DNA of 64,000 nucleotides from Marinobacter sp. (GCF_034669625.1 NZ_JAXMOY010000016.1:1589-65588), one strand, 5' to 3'. Positions 21,062 to 32,176 are shown, counted from the stretch's first letter. Translations and numbers: made by a program. Notes: generated by a model from the sequence alone, not told the origin.

Positions 21062-21616
21062 ATGACCGAACCAGAGCGTAATCATCTTTCAGGCAAGGCC
21101 CTCGATGCCTATGACAGAATGCTTGAGCGTGTGCAGTCCCGATTAAACCTGCTTCAGGAAACCTCGTTGCAGACACTGGAGGAAGAAGTTCAGAAGGCCG
21201 TCGAGTTCGAGTACGAACTGGAAGAGATGACCCGGGAGGAGGCCGATCTGCTGGGGGCTTATCTCGAAAGAGACCTGGAGCATCTGATGCACTTTGTCGA
21301 AGAAACCGGGGAAGGCCTGAAAGAATGGTTGCAACTGGATATGTCGTTGCTCGAGCAAACTCTGGCGGATCGGTTACTGTCGGTGGCGGATCAGACGCTG
21401 GTCGACACGCTGGCACTGAAGCAGAAACTCGAAAACGACGAAGTGGGGCAGTACATTGCAGGTGAAGTGGCCACTGCCGGGATGTTTCAGTGTCTGAATT
21501 GCAATCACATGCTATGCCTGACAAAAACCAGTCATCTGGAGCCTTGTGAGGCCTGCGACTCCCATTATTTTGAACGGGTGACCAGTCGCTGGCCAAACAA
21601 GGCTGACAAAGCCTGA
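21062..21616 (+). CDS. Zinc-ribbon-containing protein (YbeL/DUF1451-like)
   Basis: C-terminal GMFQCLNC...LEPCEAC..YFER; divergent from leuS, as ybeL is in E. coli. Confidence 0.85.
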   Translation: MTEPERNHLSGKALDAYDRMLERVQSRLNLLQETSLQTLEEEVQKAVEFEYELEEMTREEADLLGAYLERDLEHLMHFVEETGEGLKEWLQLDMSLLEQTLADRLLSVADQTLVDTLALKQKLENDEVGQYIAGEVATAGMFQCLNCNHMLCLTKTSHLEPCEACDSHYFERVTSRWPNKADKA

Positions 21617-21619
21617 AGG

Positions 21620-23167
21620 TCAGTTCTTCGGTATCACTCGTTCACGGACGAAGACGATCAGAATCAATGCCAAGGTGAGCACTGGCCAGGAGCCGGTTTG
21701 CATATAGGGCGTGCTGCCGGTGGCCGTGAACACTTCGCCGGTCAAGACGGTCCGCTTAAACTGGGGGATGCGCTCGGTCATCTGACCCTTTTCATTGATG
21801 ATGGTGGTGACGCCGTTATTGGTACCCCGAAGCATATAGCGGCCGGTTTCCAGTGCACGCATGCGGGCCAGCTGCAGGTGTTGCAGGGGGCCGATGGAGT
21901 CACCGAACCAGCCATCGTTACTGATGGTCAGCAACAGACCGGTGTTGCGAGCGTTGAAGGCAACAAAATCCGGGTAAGCCACCTCGTAGCAAATGTACGG
22001 CATCACGTTGGTGCCATTAGCTTGCAAAGGCGACTGATTTTTGGGGCCGGGCGTAAAGCTGCTCATGGGAAGATCAAAAAAGCCGATCAGGCCTCTAAGC
22101 AGACCTTCCAACGGAACATATTCTCCGAATGGCACCAGTTTCTGTTTGTGATAAATACCTTCACCGTTGCCCATCGCCATGATGCTGTTGTGGAAGGTGT
22201 TGCCTGCCTTTTTCTCACTGTAGCCATACCAGGGAATGCCGGTGATCAGGGTGCTGTTTTCGCCCAATCGTTCCTGAATGTGGGCGAAGATGGGGCCGGC
22301 CTGGTCCTGAGGGATCGGAATGGCGGTTTCGGGCCATAGGATGATGTCTGCTTGCCAATGTTCCTCGGTCATTCCCAAGTAAGTGACAATCTGATCCCGA
22401 AGGAAGTCCGGATCCCACTTGACCTGCTGGGGGATGTTGCCCTGCATGGTGACAAAACTGACCGGTTCGTCACTGATGTCGGTCCAATCGGTTTTATTCA
22501 GCGCGGGGGCAATGAACCAAGGCAATAGGGCGGCAATCAGGGTTGCTACAGCCGCTTTAGTGCGGCCGACCCTCAGCATCCACCAGAACGCATACGCAGC
22601 TGCGGCTGTGGCGGTTACCCAGAAGGTTATCCCGTGGACGCCGGTGACTGGCGCGAGGCCGGCGAGAGGGCCGTCAGTATGGGCGGTGCCCAGATAGAGC
22701 CAGGGGAAACCGGTGAGCAGCCAGCCTCGTAGCCAGTCGCCCATCAGCCAAATGGCGGGGAATAGGATCAGGCGACGGATCAGGCTTTGTTTTGCCAGTT
22801 TGCCCCAGAACCAGAAAGCCAATCCATGAAACAACGCGAGCCCCGCAACGAATAAAACCATCAAAATAATGGCGACTACGATGGGCGTGTTGCCGTACTC
22901 GCTGATGCTGATGTAGATCCAGCTGGCGCCGGAGCCAAACAACCCTAACCCCACCAGCCAGCCAGCACGGAACAGTTTTTTAGCAGGTTGGTGCAGTGTT
23001 GCCAGAAGAATCAGAAACGCAGACAGCGGTCCGAGCCACCACAGGTGGAACGGCGAGAATGTCAGTGTTTGAACAGCGCCGGCGATCAGTAGGATCGCCG
23101 AGCTGAACCAAGGGTTGGTCGTAAACTTGAGATTTAAAGGGTGGCTTAGGCCTGACTCATGAGACAC
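21620..23167 (-). CDS. lnt: Apolipoprotein N-acyltransferase
   Basis: GFPWLYLG, QGNIPQ, WPETA, KQKLVPFGEY, ICYEVAY, SNDGWFG and RGTNNG. Confidence 0.97.
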   Translation of the reverse strand: MSHESGLSHPLNLKFTTNPWFSSAILLIAGAVQTLTFSPFHLWWLGPLSAFLILLATLHQPAKKLFRAGWLVGLGLFGSGASWIYISISEYGNTPIVVAIILMVLFVAGLALFHGLAFWFWGKLAKQSLIRRLILFPAIWLMGDWLRGWLLTGFPWLYLGTAHTDGPLAGLAPVTGVHGITFWVTATAAAAYAFWWMLRVGRTKAAVATLIAALLPWFIAPALNKTDWTDISDEPVSFVTMQGNIPQQVKWDPDFLRDQIVTYLGMTEEHWQADIILWPETAIPIPQDQAGPIFAHIQERLGENSTLITGIPWYGYSEKKAGNTFHNSIMAMGNGEGIYHKQKLVPFGEYVPLEGLLRGLIGFFDLPMSSFTPGPKNQSPLQANGTNVMPYICYEVAYPDFVAFNARNTGLLLTISNDGWFGDSIGPLQHLQLARMRALETGRYMLRGTNNGVTTIINEKGQMTERIPQFKRTVLTGEVFTATGSTPYMQTGSWPVLTLALILIVFVRERVIPKN

Positions 23168-24002
23168 TTCGGGTTACCTGCAGCAAACGGATGACACGGT
23201 TATCGGCGTTGGCTATGGTAAACTTCAAGCCGCCGAATTCAACCGTTTCACCACGCCTTGGCAGGTGACCAAACTCCTTAAGAACCAATCCGCCGATGGT
23301 ATCGAACTCTTCTTCGTCCATGCCGGTTTCGAAAAATTCGTTGAAATCATCGATCGGGGTGACCGCTTTCACCGCATAGGTGCCATCACCTCGAGCCTTT
23401 ATGTGGGTTTCTTCGTCGAAATCGTGCTCATCTTCGATCTCACCCACGATCTGCTCGAGAACATCTTCAATAGTGATCAGGCCGGCTGTGCCACCGTACT
23501 CATCGACCACGATCGCCATGTGGTTGCGGTTCTCTTTGAACTCTTTGAGCAGCTGGTTCAGGCGCTTACTTTCAGGCACAAAGGTCGGCGGGCGGAGGAT
23601 TTCTCGGATATGGGACCAATCCAGATCATCGTTGAGGGCCAGCGGCAATAAATCTTTGGCCAACAGCACGCCGAGAACGTCATCCGGGCTTTCACCGATC
23701 ACCGGAAAACGGCTGTGGGCAGAGGCGATGATATCGGGAAGGAACTCTTTGGGCTCCTGAGAGGCTTTGACGGTGATCATCTGAGAGCGTGGAATCATAA
23801 TTTCTTCCACGCGCATATCGATCACTTGCATCGCACCTTCAATGATACTCATTGAGTCGGTGTCGATGATTTCCTGGGATTCTGCATCCCTCAGGATTTC
23901 CAGTACGTCCTCTACGGACTCCGGCCCACTGGAAAAGGCCTGTGAAATACGCTCCAGCCAGGACTTGTTGCCCTGACTGCGACTCGACTGATCGTCGCTC
24001 AT
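23157..24002 (-). CDS. corC: Mg/Co transport CBS-domain protein CorC
   Basis: [30 protein letters not shown] and [14 protein letters not shown]. Confidence 0.95.
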   Translation of the reverse strand: MSDDQSSRSQGNKSWLERISQAFSSGPESVEDVLEILRDAESQEIIDTDSMSIIEGAMQVIDMRVEEIMIPRSQMITVKASQEPKEFLPDIIASAHSRFPVIGESPDDVLGVLLAKDLLPLALNDDLDWSHIREILRPPTFVPESKRLNQLLKEFKENRNHMAIVVDEYGGTAGLITIEDVLEQIVGEIEDEHDFDEETHIKARGDGTYAVKAVTPIDDFNEFFETGMDEEEFDTIGGLVLKEFGHLPRRGETVEFGGLKFTIANADNRVIRLLQVTRSVS

Positions 24003-24472
24003 GAGTCTGTTTCCGTTTCCTCTGCTTCGTAAGGGTTGGCAAACCCGAGCTGCGCAAGCAGCTGGATTTCGAGGCCTTCCATAACCTCGGCATCACTGTC
24101 TTCAATATGGTCGTAACCCTGAAGGTGCAGCATGCCGTGTATTACCATATGAGCCCAGTGGGCCGCAGGTTGTTTATGCTGCTCTTGGGCTTCTTTTTCA
24201 ACAACCGGCGCGCAAATAACAAGATCACCGGCCAGAGGAAATGTTATACCCGCTGGTGCTTCAAATGGAAAGGACAAAACATTGGTGGGTTTGTCCTTTT
24301 CACGGTACTGAAGGTTCAGAGTCTGGCTTTCTTCGACGTCAACGATGCGAATCGTAACCTCGGACTCATCTTCGCCTTGCCAAGCGAGTTCCGCCCAAGC
24401 CTGAAAGCTGGACTCGTCGGGTAGCCCTTCGCCTTCAAACGCATTCTGGAAATCGACCGTCAACTGACTCAT
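23999..24472 (-). CDS. ybeY: rRNA maturation factor YbeY
   Basis: [10 protein letters not shown] and [11 protein letters not shown] zinc motif. Confidence 0.97.
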   Translation of the reverse strand: MSQLTVDFQNAFEGEGLPDESSFQAWAELAWQGEDESEVTIRIVDVEESQTLNLQYREKDKPTNVLSFPFEAPAGITFPLAGDLVICAPVVEKEAQEQHKQPAAHWAHMVIHGMLHLQGYDHIEDSDAEVMEGLEIQLLAQLGFANPYEAEETETDS

Positions 24473-25455
24473 GAGCGTGGGTCACTTCCATCGTTGAATG
24501 AATCGTAAGCTTCGACGATACGCTGAACCAAGGGGTGGCGAACCACGTCTTTTGATTCGAAACGGGTAAACCCGATGCCTCTTACGTTGTTTAGAACGCC
24601 GGCAGCATGAATAAGTCCCGAGTCCTGTCCGCGTGGCAAGTCCACCTGTGTGGTGTCACCGGTAATGACAGCAGTAGAACCAAACCCGATCCGGGTCAGG
24701 AACATTTTCATTTGTTCCCGAGTGGTGTTCTGGCTTTCATCGAGAATTATAAAGGAGTTGTTGAGCGTACGACCACGCATAAACGCCAAGGGCGCAATCT
24801 CGATCACACTTTTCTCGATTAACCGAGTGGTTTGCTCAAACCCGAGCATTTCGTAAAGGGCGTCATAAAGCGGCCGCAGGTACGGGTCTACTTTCTGGGC
24901 AAGGTCACCCGGCAGGAAGCCCAGCTTTTCGCCGGCTTCGACGGCAGGACGTACCAGCAGAATGCGTTTTACCTGCTCGTCTTTCAAAGCCTCAACGGCG
25001 CAGGCCACCGCCAACCAGGTTTTGCCCGTGCCCGCAGGCCCGATACCGAAGTTGATGTCGTGGGTTCGAACGCTGTGCACATACTTCTGCTGGTTCTGGC
25101 CCCGGGGCTTGGCGGTCAGTTTGGGAGTTTTGATAACCGTGATTTGCCCTTCATTGTAGGGCACCTCGTCCGGCAGCCTTTCCAGCCCGGTTTCCCGAAT
25201 GAACAGGTGCACGGTATCCGGCTGAATATCGTCCACGGCTTCGGTTTCCCGGTACATATGACGAATAACTTCCGTGGCAGCAGCGACGTTTTCAGTTGCC
25301 CCTTCAACCCGGAAGTGATGGCCGCGGCGGCCAACTTTTACCTGTAGACGCTTTTCGATCATCTTCAGGTGTTCATCAAATTGCCCGCACAGCGTGGTGA
25401 GCCTTCGCTGGTCTACGGGGTGAAGGTCAAATTGTCTGCTGTCTTGAGTGTTCAA
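24469..25455 (-). CDS. ybeZ: PhoH-like ATPase
   Basis: [35 protein letters not shown] and DVVRHPLV; TTG start after GGAG. Confidence 0.96.
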   Translation of the reverse strand: MNTQDSRQFDLHPVDQRRLTTLCGQFDEHLKMIEKRLQVKVGRRGHHFRVEGATENVAAATEVIRHMYRETEAVDDIQPDTVHLFIRETGLERLPDEVPYNEGQITVIKTPKLTAKPRGQNQQKYVHSVRTHDINFGIGPAGTGKTWLAVACAVEALKDEQVKRILLVRPAVEAGEKLGFLPGDLAQKVDPYLRPLYDALYEMLGFEQTTRLIEKSVIEIAPLAFMRGRTLNNSFIILDESQNTTREQMKMFLTRIGFGSTAVITGDTTQVDLPRGQDSGLIHAAGVLNNVRGIGFTRFESKDVVRHPLVQRIVEAYDSFNDGSDPRS

Positions 25456-25531
25456 TCTTACTCCGTATTGGTTTACTCCCGTCGGGCTGTGGCGCCTGAG
25501 TTCGGGGAGATAGCATGTCTGTGTTTGGTGC

Positions 25532-25557
25532 TATGGGCTGGATGCCTTGCATTCAGC
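25532..25557 (-). promoter_or_regulatory. Possible sigma32-type promoter for ybeZ-ybeY-corC-lnt
   Basis: Minus strand GCTGAA-N14-CCCATA resembles CTTGAA-N13/17-CCCCAT; the operon is heat-shock regulated in E. coli. Confidence 0.4.
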
Positions 25558-25672
25558 CTTTGTTTAAATAATGTGCAGGCTCGATAAAGAAAAACAAGTG
25601 TAGGCCTATTACCCTTTTGCGGTTTCAGGTCTTTGAATTTCTTTCATGCCATCGTGAAGCTGGGAGGAGATA

Positions 25673-25773
25673 GGTTGGTGAGACCTCCAAAAAATGTGCG
25701 GAGCCATGGATGGCGGAGCAGAAGCGCCACATGGATGTGCCAAAGGAACGGTTTTTGGGAGGCCTCACCAACC
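25673..25773. repeat. Dispersed palindromic element, copy 2
   Basis: Arms GGTTGGTGAGACCTCCAAAAA and TTTTTGGGAGGCCTCACCAACC; core GCCATGGATGGC and CACATGGATGTG; outer TGGGAGG/CCTCCCA extends the pairing. Confidence 0.92.
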
Positions 25774-25814
25774 CGCCTCCCATCCCCAAGCCCCCAACAC
25801 ATGGGAGCCAAAAC

Positions 25815-27161
25815 TCAATACATCGCCGAATCCACAGGCACGCCACGCAAAGAGTTTGCGTAAGCCTCGACAATCTCCACATCGACAAAGTGGCCAACGA
25901 TCTCCGGGTTGTCGTGGCGGAAGTTCACAATCCGGTTGTTCTCGGTACGGCCTGAATACTCACCAGGATCTTTCTTGGAAAGCCCGGTTACCAGAATGCG
26001 CTGAGTCGAACCGACCATCTTGCGACTGATATCCATCACTGTCTGGTTGATACGATCTTGCAGGATCTTCAGGCGCTGCTTCTTCACTTCCATCGGCGTA
26101 TCGTCAGGCAGATCGGCTGCCGGAGTACCCGGGCGGGCGCTATAAACGAAACTGAACGACATATCAAAGCCGATGTCGTTGATCAGCTTCATGGTGTCTT
26201 CGAAGTCTTTTTCGGTTTCACCGGGGAAACCAATAATGAAATCGGAAGAGAAGCTGATGTCCGGGCGAATCTTGCGCAAACGGCGCAGCTTGGATTTGTA
26301 CTCCAACGCTGTGTGGCCGCGCTTCATGGCCGCTAGAATGCGGTCGGAACCGCTTTGCACCGGCAAGTGCAGGTGGCTGACCAGCTCGGGTACCCGCTCG
26401 TAAACTTCGATCAGCGAATCGCTGAATTCCACTGGATGAGAGGTGGTGTAGCGGATTCGGTCGATGCCATCGATGGTGGCGATCATTTCGACCAGTTCGG
26501 CCATGTCCATTACATCGCCATCGTGGGTTTCGCCACGATAGGCGTTTACGTTCTGACCCAGAAGATTGACTTCACGAACGCCTTGGCTAGCCAAGTGTGC
26601 GACTTCGGCTATGACATCGTCCACCGGGCGGCTGACTTCCTCTCCGCGGGTATAAGGCACCACGCAGAATGTGCAGTACTTGCTGCAGCCTTCCATAATG
26701 GAGACAAACGCGGAAGGACCGTCGGCTCCGGGGTCCGGCAGGTTGTCGAATTTTTCGATTTCCGGGAAGCTGACATCAACCACGCCAACGCCATTACCCT
26801 TGGCGCGCACTTCGGTGATCATGTCTGGCAGGCGGTGCAGGGTTTGCGGGCCGAAGACCATGTCGACAAACGGTGCCCGGTCGATGATGGCCTGACCTTC
26901 CTGGCTCGCCACGCAGCCGCCGACGCCGATGATGGTGTCGGGTTTATTGCTTTTGAGCTTTTTCCAACGGCCGAGTTGGTGGAACACTTTGTCCTGTGCT
27001 TTTTCACGGATGGAGCAGGTGTTCAGCAGCAGGATGTCGGCGTCCTCTGGTGAGTCGGTCATTTCGACGGGCTCGCCAGTTTTGAGTAAGTCTGCCATGC
27101 GGGCGGAGTCGTACTCGTTCATTTGGCAGCCGTGGGTTTTGATGTACAGCTTCTTGGCCAT
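25815..27161 (-). CDS. miaB: tRNA-2-methylthio-N6-dimethylallyladenosine synthase
   Basis: [39 protein letters not shown] and C-terminal TRAM domain; start at MAKKL. Confidence 0.98.
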   Translation of the reverse strand: MAKKLYIKTHGCQMNEYDSARMADLLKTGEPVEMTDSPEDADILLLNTCSIREKAQDKVFHQLGRWKKLKSNKPDTIIGVGGCVASQEGQAIIDRAPFVDMVFGPQTLHRLPDMITEVRAKGNGVGVVDVSFPEIEKFDNLPDPGADGPSAFVSIMEGCSKYCTFCVVPYTRGEEVSRPVDDVIAEVAHLASQGVREVNLLGQNVNAYRGETHDGDVMDMAELVEMIATIDGIDRIRYTTSHPVEFSDSLIEVYERVPELVSHLHLPVQSGSDRILAAMKRGHTALEYKSKLRRLRKIRPDISFSSDFIIGFPGETEKDFEDTMKLINDIGFDMSFSFVYSARPGTPAADLPDDTPMEVKKQRLKILQDRINQTVMDISRKMVGSTQRILVTGLSKKDPGEYSGRTENNRIVNFRHDNPEIVGHFVDVEIVEAYANSLRGVPVDSAMY

Positions 27162-27317
27162 GGGTCTCACGCGGTTTGGTGTATGTTGCGCCGGATGTGG
27201 TGTTTTGGCGCTGGCAAAAATTGGACGGAGCATTATACCGGTGTGATTAAACTTCAACCACCGTTGTCTCGGTATTCCTTACCAAACACTGTGCTATTAT
27301 TTGCCGCTTTGGTGTTA

Positions 27318-27429
27318 GAAGGCTTTTGGGGTGGGTTTTCCAAAAACCGCTACGGGCACATTCATGTGCGCTTCTCTCCGGCCATCCATGGCCTACGAAT
27401 TTTTTGGAAAACCCACCCCAGAATCCTTC
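27318..27429. repeat. Dispersed palindromic element, copy 3
   Basis: 29 bp arms match 27/29; core GCACATTCATGTGC and GGCCATCCATGGCC. Confidence 0.92.
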
Positions 27430-27506
27430 CCAAACTGTTGGAGCGGGCGTCCTTGCGACAGTGAATTGCTCCTTGACCGCTCCTAAAACTGAACGAAATT
27501 TTTAAC

Positions 27507-28241
27507 ATGACCCCCGAACGCCTCGCCCGAATTAAACACATCCTCGACACCCGCCAACCAGACCTTCGGGTGCTGACCGATCAGGTGCATAAACCCAGAA
27601 ACCTGTCAGCCATCATTCGCTGCTGTGATGCCTTTGGGCTGGCCAATATGCATGTAGTGTGGCCGAAAGAAGGTTTTCGAGCGTTCAGGAAAACAGCCGG
27701 TGGCAGCTATCACTGGGTGACGACCCATACCCACCCGACCATGAAAGAGGCGGTGGCTGAGTTGAAAGGGCAGGGCCATAAAATCTACGCCGCGCAGTTG
27801 TCGGACCGGGCAGTGGATTTTCGGGAAGTGGATTTCACCGTGCCCTGTACGATTGTGATGGGCAATGAAGTGGACGGAGTGAACCCGGTTACCGCAGAGC
27901 AGGCAGATGAGCACATCGTGGTGCCGATGATGGGGATGGTGGAATCGCTGAACGTGTCGGCGGCCTGCTCAATCATCCTGTCGGAAGCTCAGAGGCAACG
28001 GAAACTGGCGGGGATGTTTGATCAGCGGCGGATGCCGGATGATGAATACAACCGCCTGCTGTTCTCCTGGTGCCAGCCCACGGTGAAACGATACTGCGAC
28101 GACCGAAACCTGCCGTATCCACCCATAGATCACGAAACCGGCGACTTGATCGATGGCGTAGGGTGGATGCAGGATGTCCGAAAGCTAAGAGCCAACCGCC
28201 CCAGATGGGACGATGAAAAAGAGCCAGTAGCAGAAGAGTAA
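27507..28241 (+). CDS. trmH: tRNA (guanosine(18)-2'-O)-methyltransferase
   Basis: RQPDL, HKPRNLSAIIR, KTAGGS, MGNEVDG and ESLNVSAA SPOUT motifs. Confidence 0.92.
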   Translation: MTPERLARIKHILDTRQPDLRVLTDQVHKPRNLSAIIRCCDAFGLANMHVVWPKEGFRAFRKTAGGSYHWVTTHTHPTMKEAVAELKGQGHKIYAAQLSDRAVDFREVDFTVPCTIVMGNEVDGVNPVTAEQADEHIVVPMMGMVESLNVSAACSIILSEAQRQRKLAGMFDQRRMPDDEYNRLLFSWCQPTVKRYCDDRNLPYPPIDHETGDLIDGVGWMQDVRKLRANRPRWDDEKEPVAEE

Positions 28242-28304
28242 TCAGTGTCCCAAAAAGAATCCTCACCCCGCAACCCGCCCCCCAAACCTCGAAGGCTACC
28301 GAAA

Positions 28305-29321
28305 TTAGTCTTCGCGAGCCTCAAGATACCGCTGCAACTGCTCGCGCAAAGCCTTAGGCAAACGCGTAATCGTCAGCGCATCTTTGTCACGATCATAATA
28401 CACCGCCTGATTCACTAAGTCTGATGAAAACGAAACGCTCATGCCGCCGCCAGAACCGGCTATCCGCACGAGTTTCTTGACCTTGCGGTGGTCCGGGTGC
28501 AGCACACCGGTTTCCGGCATTTCCACGGTCTGGCTGGCGAATTCCTTGAACCGTTCAGGCTGGCTTTCATCCAGATAGCTGGACAAGGCTTCAATCGCCA
28601 CCGGTTCACCCAAAGCATGTTGGTCTTTGCAGAACTCGTAAGCCTTGGCGCGCACCTCACCGGCTTTCTCCGGCTCGCTGGTTTTGGCGAAGGCTTCTAC
28701 CGCATCGAGGAACGTGGTGGTCTCTTTCTCAACATCCACGCTGTTGGTGAACGCGCACAAACGAATGAACAACTCACCGGGGTCACCCGTGCCGCGGGCG
28801 TGGACGAGGGTCATGTAGTTGTCGCCGTCTTTGCCATCGCGCCAGTCATCCAGCTCAATGCGAACCGCCAAGTCCAGGCGGGACAGGCTCAGAACGTCGG
28901 TGGCATCGAGTTTCTGGCTGCCATCAAAGCGCATGGCGCTGTCGGTTTCCAGAATGAACAGATACACCGCTTCCGAATCAGCCAGAGCATCGTGCACAAC
29001 CATCAGGTGGCCGTCGAATTCTTCCTGACTGCCGTTCAGAAGCTCCTGCCACTGGCCGAACAATCGGTCGGTCATGGCCGCGAAGGTTTGTTTATCTTCC
29101 AGGTAGTCTTTCAGCCACGCACTTAACGGGCACTCGCCAACGTCTTCGGAGAAACGTCCGTATTTCTTGCCGGGTTTGTTGTTAAACAAACGCTTCATTT
29201 GCTTGTGCAGAGCTTCGTAATCGCCACCGGGCTCCTGCAAGGCCTCACCGGCAACAAGGCGAGCGGGTTGGCCCGGCTGGTATTGGCTGGCAAAAGCGGT
29301 GCGGAGGTGTTTGATGGCCAT
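28305..29321 (-). CDS. yejK: Nucleoid-associated protein (YejK/NdpA family)
   Basis: 338 aa; FNNKPGKKYG, LAVRIEL, VAIEALS..LDE and HPDHRKVKKLVRIAGSGGGMSVSF. Confidence 0.8.
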   Translation of the reverse strand: MAIKHLRTAFASQYQPGQPARLVAGEALQEPGGDYEALHKQMKRLFNNKPGKKYGRFSEDVGECPLSAWLKDYLEDKQTFAAMTDRLFGQWQELLNGSQEEFDGHLMVVHDALADSEAVYLFILETDSAMRFDGSQKLDATDVLSLSRLDLAVRIELDDWRDGKDGDNYMTLVHARGTGDPGELFIRLCAFTNSVDVEKETTTFLDAVEAFAKTSEPEKAGEVRAKAYEFCKDQHALGEPVAIEALSSYLDESQPERFKEFASQTVEMPETGVLHPDHRKVKKLVRIAGSGGGMSVSFSSDLVNQAVYYDRDKDALTITRLPKALREQLQRYLEARED

Positions 29322-29430
29322 ATTACGATCCTGTCGGTTTTACGAGATTCAGATGGCGGAGATGATGCCACGGATCGGGCAGGGATTCATTTGCAGAATG
29401 TACGGAGAGGCGAGTATTACTCGTAATAAG

Positions 29431-29476
29431 CAAAAGAAACCCTCACCCTGGCAGGCTGTCCGCCAAGGGAGAGGGG
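29431..29476 (-). terminator. Imperfect intrinsic terminator after cysN
   Basis: Minus strand CCCTCTCCCTTGGC...GCCAGGGTGAGGG followed by TTTCTTTTG. Confidence 0.6.
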
Positions 29477-29488
29477 TTATTAGTCAGA

Positions 29489-31129
29489 TCACAGTGCCCG
29501 AAGCAACCCAGAAACCGCCTCAGTAATCTCGGCTTCGCTATCAGCATTCACGCTGGTGTTAGCAATGTCAGTGCCGAGATTCACAGCCACGGCAATCAGC
29601 CCGTGAGCGGTAAGCAGTTGGGAAACGCGGCGACGCTCATCCGCATCACCGGTGTTTTCTTCAGAAACCACCACAGCCGTCCGGCCTTGATCAAACAACG
29701 CGCGCTCCACCGCCAAAGCCAAAGCAGGGGCCTGTTTGCCGCTACAGGCAATGATGGCTGGCTTCTGAGCCAAACGGCGCTCACGCTCTTCTGCCGTGAC
29801 CGGGTCCAGAGATTCCAGACCATCGGCCAGGCCGGCGATCATGCCCGCACCGACCGTCACGTTGGTCAGACGGTCGATGACGATGAAGCTGCCGGTGGCG
29901 TGATTGCGCTGGTACGCATCAAATGCGATGGGCTGGTTCAGGGTCAGTTCGCACAGACCGATTTCGTTGAGCTGCAACTGGCTCGGATTCGGGTTCTGCT
30001 CCAGCGAGTTCACATCGGTCTGATGGTGAATCTTCTTCACCGTGCCGGAGGTGAATGTGGGGCCGAGTTTGATGTCGTACAGGCGACCGGTTTCCAGCGG
30101 AGCGTCTGTCATCCACACGATGTTGGCGTTAAAGCGATTCGCCACTTCCGGCTCGTCGTCCGCTTTCACCAGCATGTCGCCACGGCTGATGTCGATCTCG
30201 TCTTCCAGAGTCAGGGTGACGGCCTGATCGATGTAAGCTTCGTCCAGCTTGCCGTCGAAAGTGACAATCTCTTTGACCTTGCTGGTGCGGCGTGAAGGCA
30301 GAGCCATCACGGTTTCGCCTGGGCGGATCAAGCCGGAAGCGATGGTGCCGCAGAAGCCTCGGAAATTTAGGTTGGGTCGGGTGACGTACTGTACCGGGAA
30401 CCGGAAGTGCTCCAGGTTCTTGTCACGGGAGACCTCAACGGTTTCAAGGATTTCCATCAAAGGCTGGCCAGTAAACCAAGGCGTGTTTTCGCTCCGATTC
30501 ACCACGTTGTCGCCATCCAGAGCAGAAAGCGGCACAAAGCGAATATCTTTGAGACCCAGTTTGGTGGCAAATGCCTGATACTCTTCGCGAATTTCGTTGA
30601 AACGCTCCTCGCTGAAGTCCACCAGATCCATCTTGTTTACCGCAACCACGATGTGGCGAATGCCCAGCAACGACGCAATGTACGAGTGGCGGCGGGTCTG
30701 GGTCATCACGCCGTGGCGGGCGTCGATCATCAGGATCGCCAGCTGGGCGGTCGACGCACCGGTGGCCATGTTGCGGGTGTACTGCTCATGGCCCGGGGTG
30801 TCGGCAATGATGAACTTGCGCTTATCGGTGCTGAAATAGCGGTAGGCTACATCAATGGTGATACCTTGTTCACGCTCGGCCTGCAGTCCGTCGACCAGCA
30901 GGGCCAAGTCCAGTTTTTCACCGGTAGTGCCCATTTTGGCGCTGTCGGTTTTCAGGCTTGCCATGTGATCTTCATAGATCATCTTAGTGTCGTGCAGCAG
31001 GCGGCCGATCAGGGTGCTTTTGCCGTCATCAACGCTGCCGCATGTCAGTAAGCGCAGCAGTTCTTTGTTCTCGTGCTGTTTCAGGTACGACAGAATATCG
31101 TCGGCGATCAGTTCAGACTGGTGTGACAT
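29489..31129 (-). CDS. cysN: Sulfate adenylyltransferase subunit 1 (GTPase) with a short degenerate C-terminal extension
   Basis: [48 protein letters not shown] and GSFIVIDR. Confidence 0.97.
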   Translation of the reverse strand: MSHQSELIADDILSYLKQHENKELLRLLTCGSVDDGKSTLIGRLLHDTKMIYEDHMASLKTDSAKMGTTGEKLDLALLVDGLQAEREQGITIDVAYRYFSTDKRKFIIADTPGHEQYTRNMATGASTAQLAILMIDARHGVMTQTRRHSYIASLLGIRHIVVAVNKMDLVDFSEERFNEIREEYQAFATKLGLKDIRFVPLSALDGDNVVNRSENTPWFTGQPLMEILETVEVSRDKNLEHFRFPVQYVTRPNLNFRGFCGTIASGLIRPGETVMALPSRRTSKVKEIVTFDGKLDEAYIDQAVTLTLEDEIDISRGDMLVKADDEPEVANRFNANIVWMTDAPLETGRLYDIKLGPTFTSGTVKKIHHQTDVNSLEQNPNPSQLQLNEIGLCELTLNQPIAFDAYQRNHATGSFIVIDRLTNVTVGAGMIAGLADGLESLDPVTAEERERRLAQKPAIIACSGKQAPALALAVERALFDQGRTAVVVSEENTGDADERRRVSQLLTAHGLIAVAVNLGTDIANTSVNADSEAEITEAVSGLLRAL

Positions 31130-31130
31130 C

Positions 31131-32039
31131 TTAGAAGTACCCTTCCCGCTTTTTCTGTTCCATGGAGCCGGCTGAATCGTGGTCGATGACCCGCCCCTGA
31201 CGTTCGGAGCTGGTGGCCAGCAGCATTTCTTGAATGATCTCTGGCAGAGTGTCTGCTTCAGATTCGATGGCGCCGGTCAGCGGGTAGCAACCCAGTGTGC
31301 GGAAACGCACCGACTTCATCATCGGTTTCTCGCCTTCTTTCAATGGCATGCGGTCGTCATCGACCATGATCAGCGTGCCGTCACGCTCAACAACCGGGCG
31401 CACGGCCGAGTAATACAGGGGAACGATGTCGATGTTTTCCAGATAGATGTACTGCCAGATATCCAGCTCGGTCCAGTTTGAAAGCGGGAACACCCGGATG
31501 CTTTCGCCCTTGTTAACCTTGCCGTTGTAGGTGTTCCAGAGCTCGGGGCGCTGATTCTTTGGATCCCAGCGGTGGTGCTCGTCCCGGAATGAGTAGACGC
31601 GCTCTTTTGCACGGGATTTTTCTTCATCCCGGCGGGCGCCACCGAAGGCTGCGTCGAATTTGTACTTGTCCAGTGCCTGTTTCAGGGCCTGGGTTTTCAT
31701 CATGTCAGTGTGCTTGGCGCTGCCGTGAGTAAACGGCCCGATGCCTTGCTTCACACCCTCTTCATTGGTGTGCACGATCAAGTCCAAACCATAGCGGCTG
31801 ACCTGCTTGTCACGAAACTCGATCATGTCCCGGAATTTCCAGGTGGTGTCGACGTGCATCAGCGGAAAGGGTGGTTTGCCAGGGTAGAAGGCTTTTAGTG
31901 CCAGATGCAGCATCACGGCAGAGTCTTTGCCGACGGAATAAAGCATGACCGGGTTATCAAACTCGGCCGCCACTTCCCGGATTATGTGGATGCTTTCGGC
32001 TTCCAGCTGTTTCAGATGGGTGAGATTGTATGTGGTCAT
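31131..32039 (-). CDS. cysD: Sulfate adenylyltransferase subunit 2
   Basis: [41 protein letters not shown] and KKREGYF. Confidence 0.98.
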   Translation of the reverse strand: MTTYNLTHLKQLEAESIHIIREVAAEFDNPVMLYSVGKDSAVMLHLALKAFYPGKPPFPLMHVDTTWKFRDMIEFRDKQVSRYGLDLIVHTNEEGVKQGIGPFTHGSAKHTDMMKTQALKQALDKYKFDAAFGGARRDEEKSRAKERVYSFRDEHHRWDPKNQRPELWNTYNGKVNKGESIRVFPLSNWTELDIWQYIYLENIDIVPLYYSAVRPVVERDGTLIMVDDDRMPLKEGEKPMMKSVRFRTLGCYPLTGAIESEADTLPEIIQEMLLATSSERQGRVIDHDSAGSMEQKKREGYF

Positions 32040-32176
32040 GGTCATCCGTTGCCGCAGAGGGGCTTTTAATGGCTGTAATCAGTATGACAACTATAACAGG
32101 GGGGTATAGGGTATAAGAAGGTGCGCGTTAAGACTTTTAAGTTCTAATGATATGGCAGGTGATCTGTCGAGGAATT

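Noticed and set aside
25694-26029. Short ORFs with recurring peptides such as KRHMDVPKERFL (25710, 42799, 7481)
   Set aside because: These are translations of the repeated DNA element. Start and stop positions are not consistent between copies.
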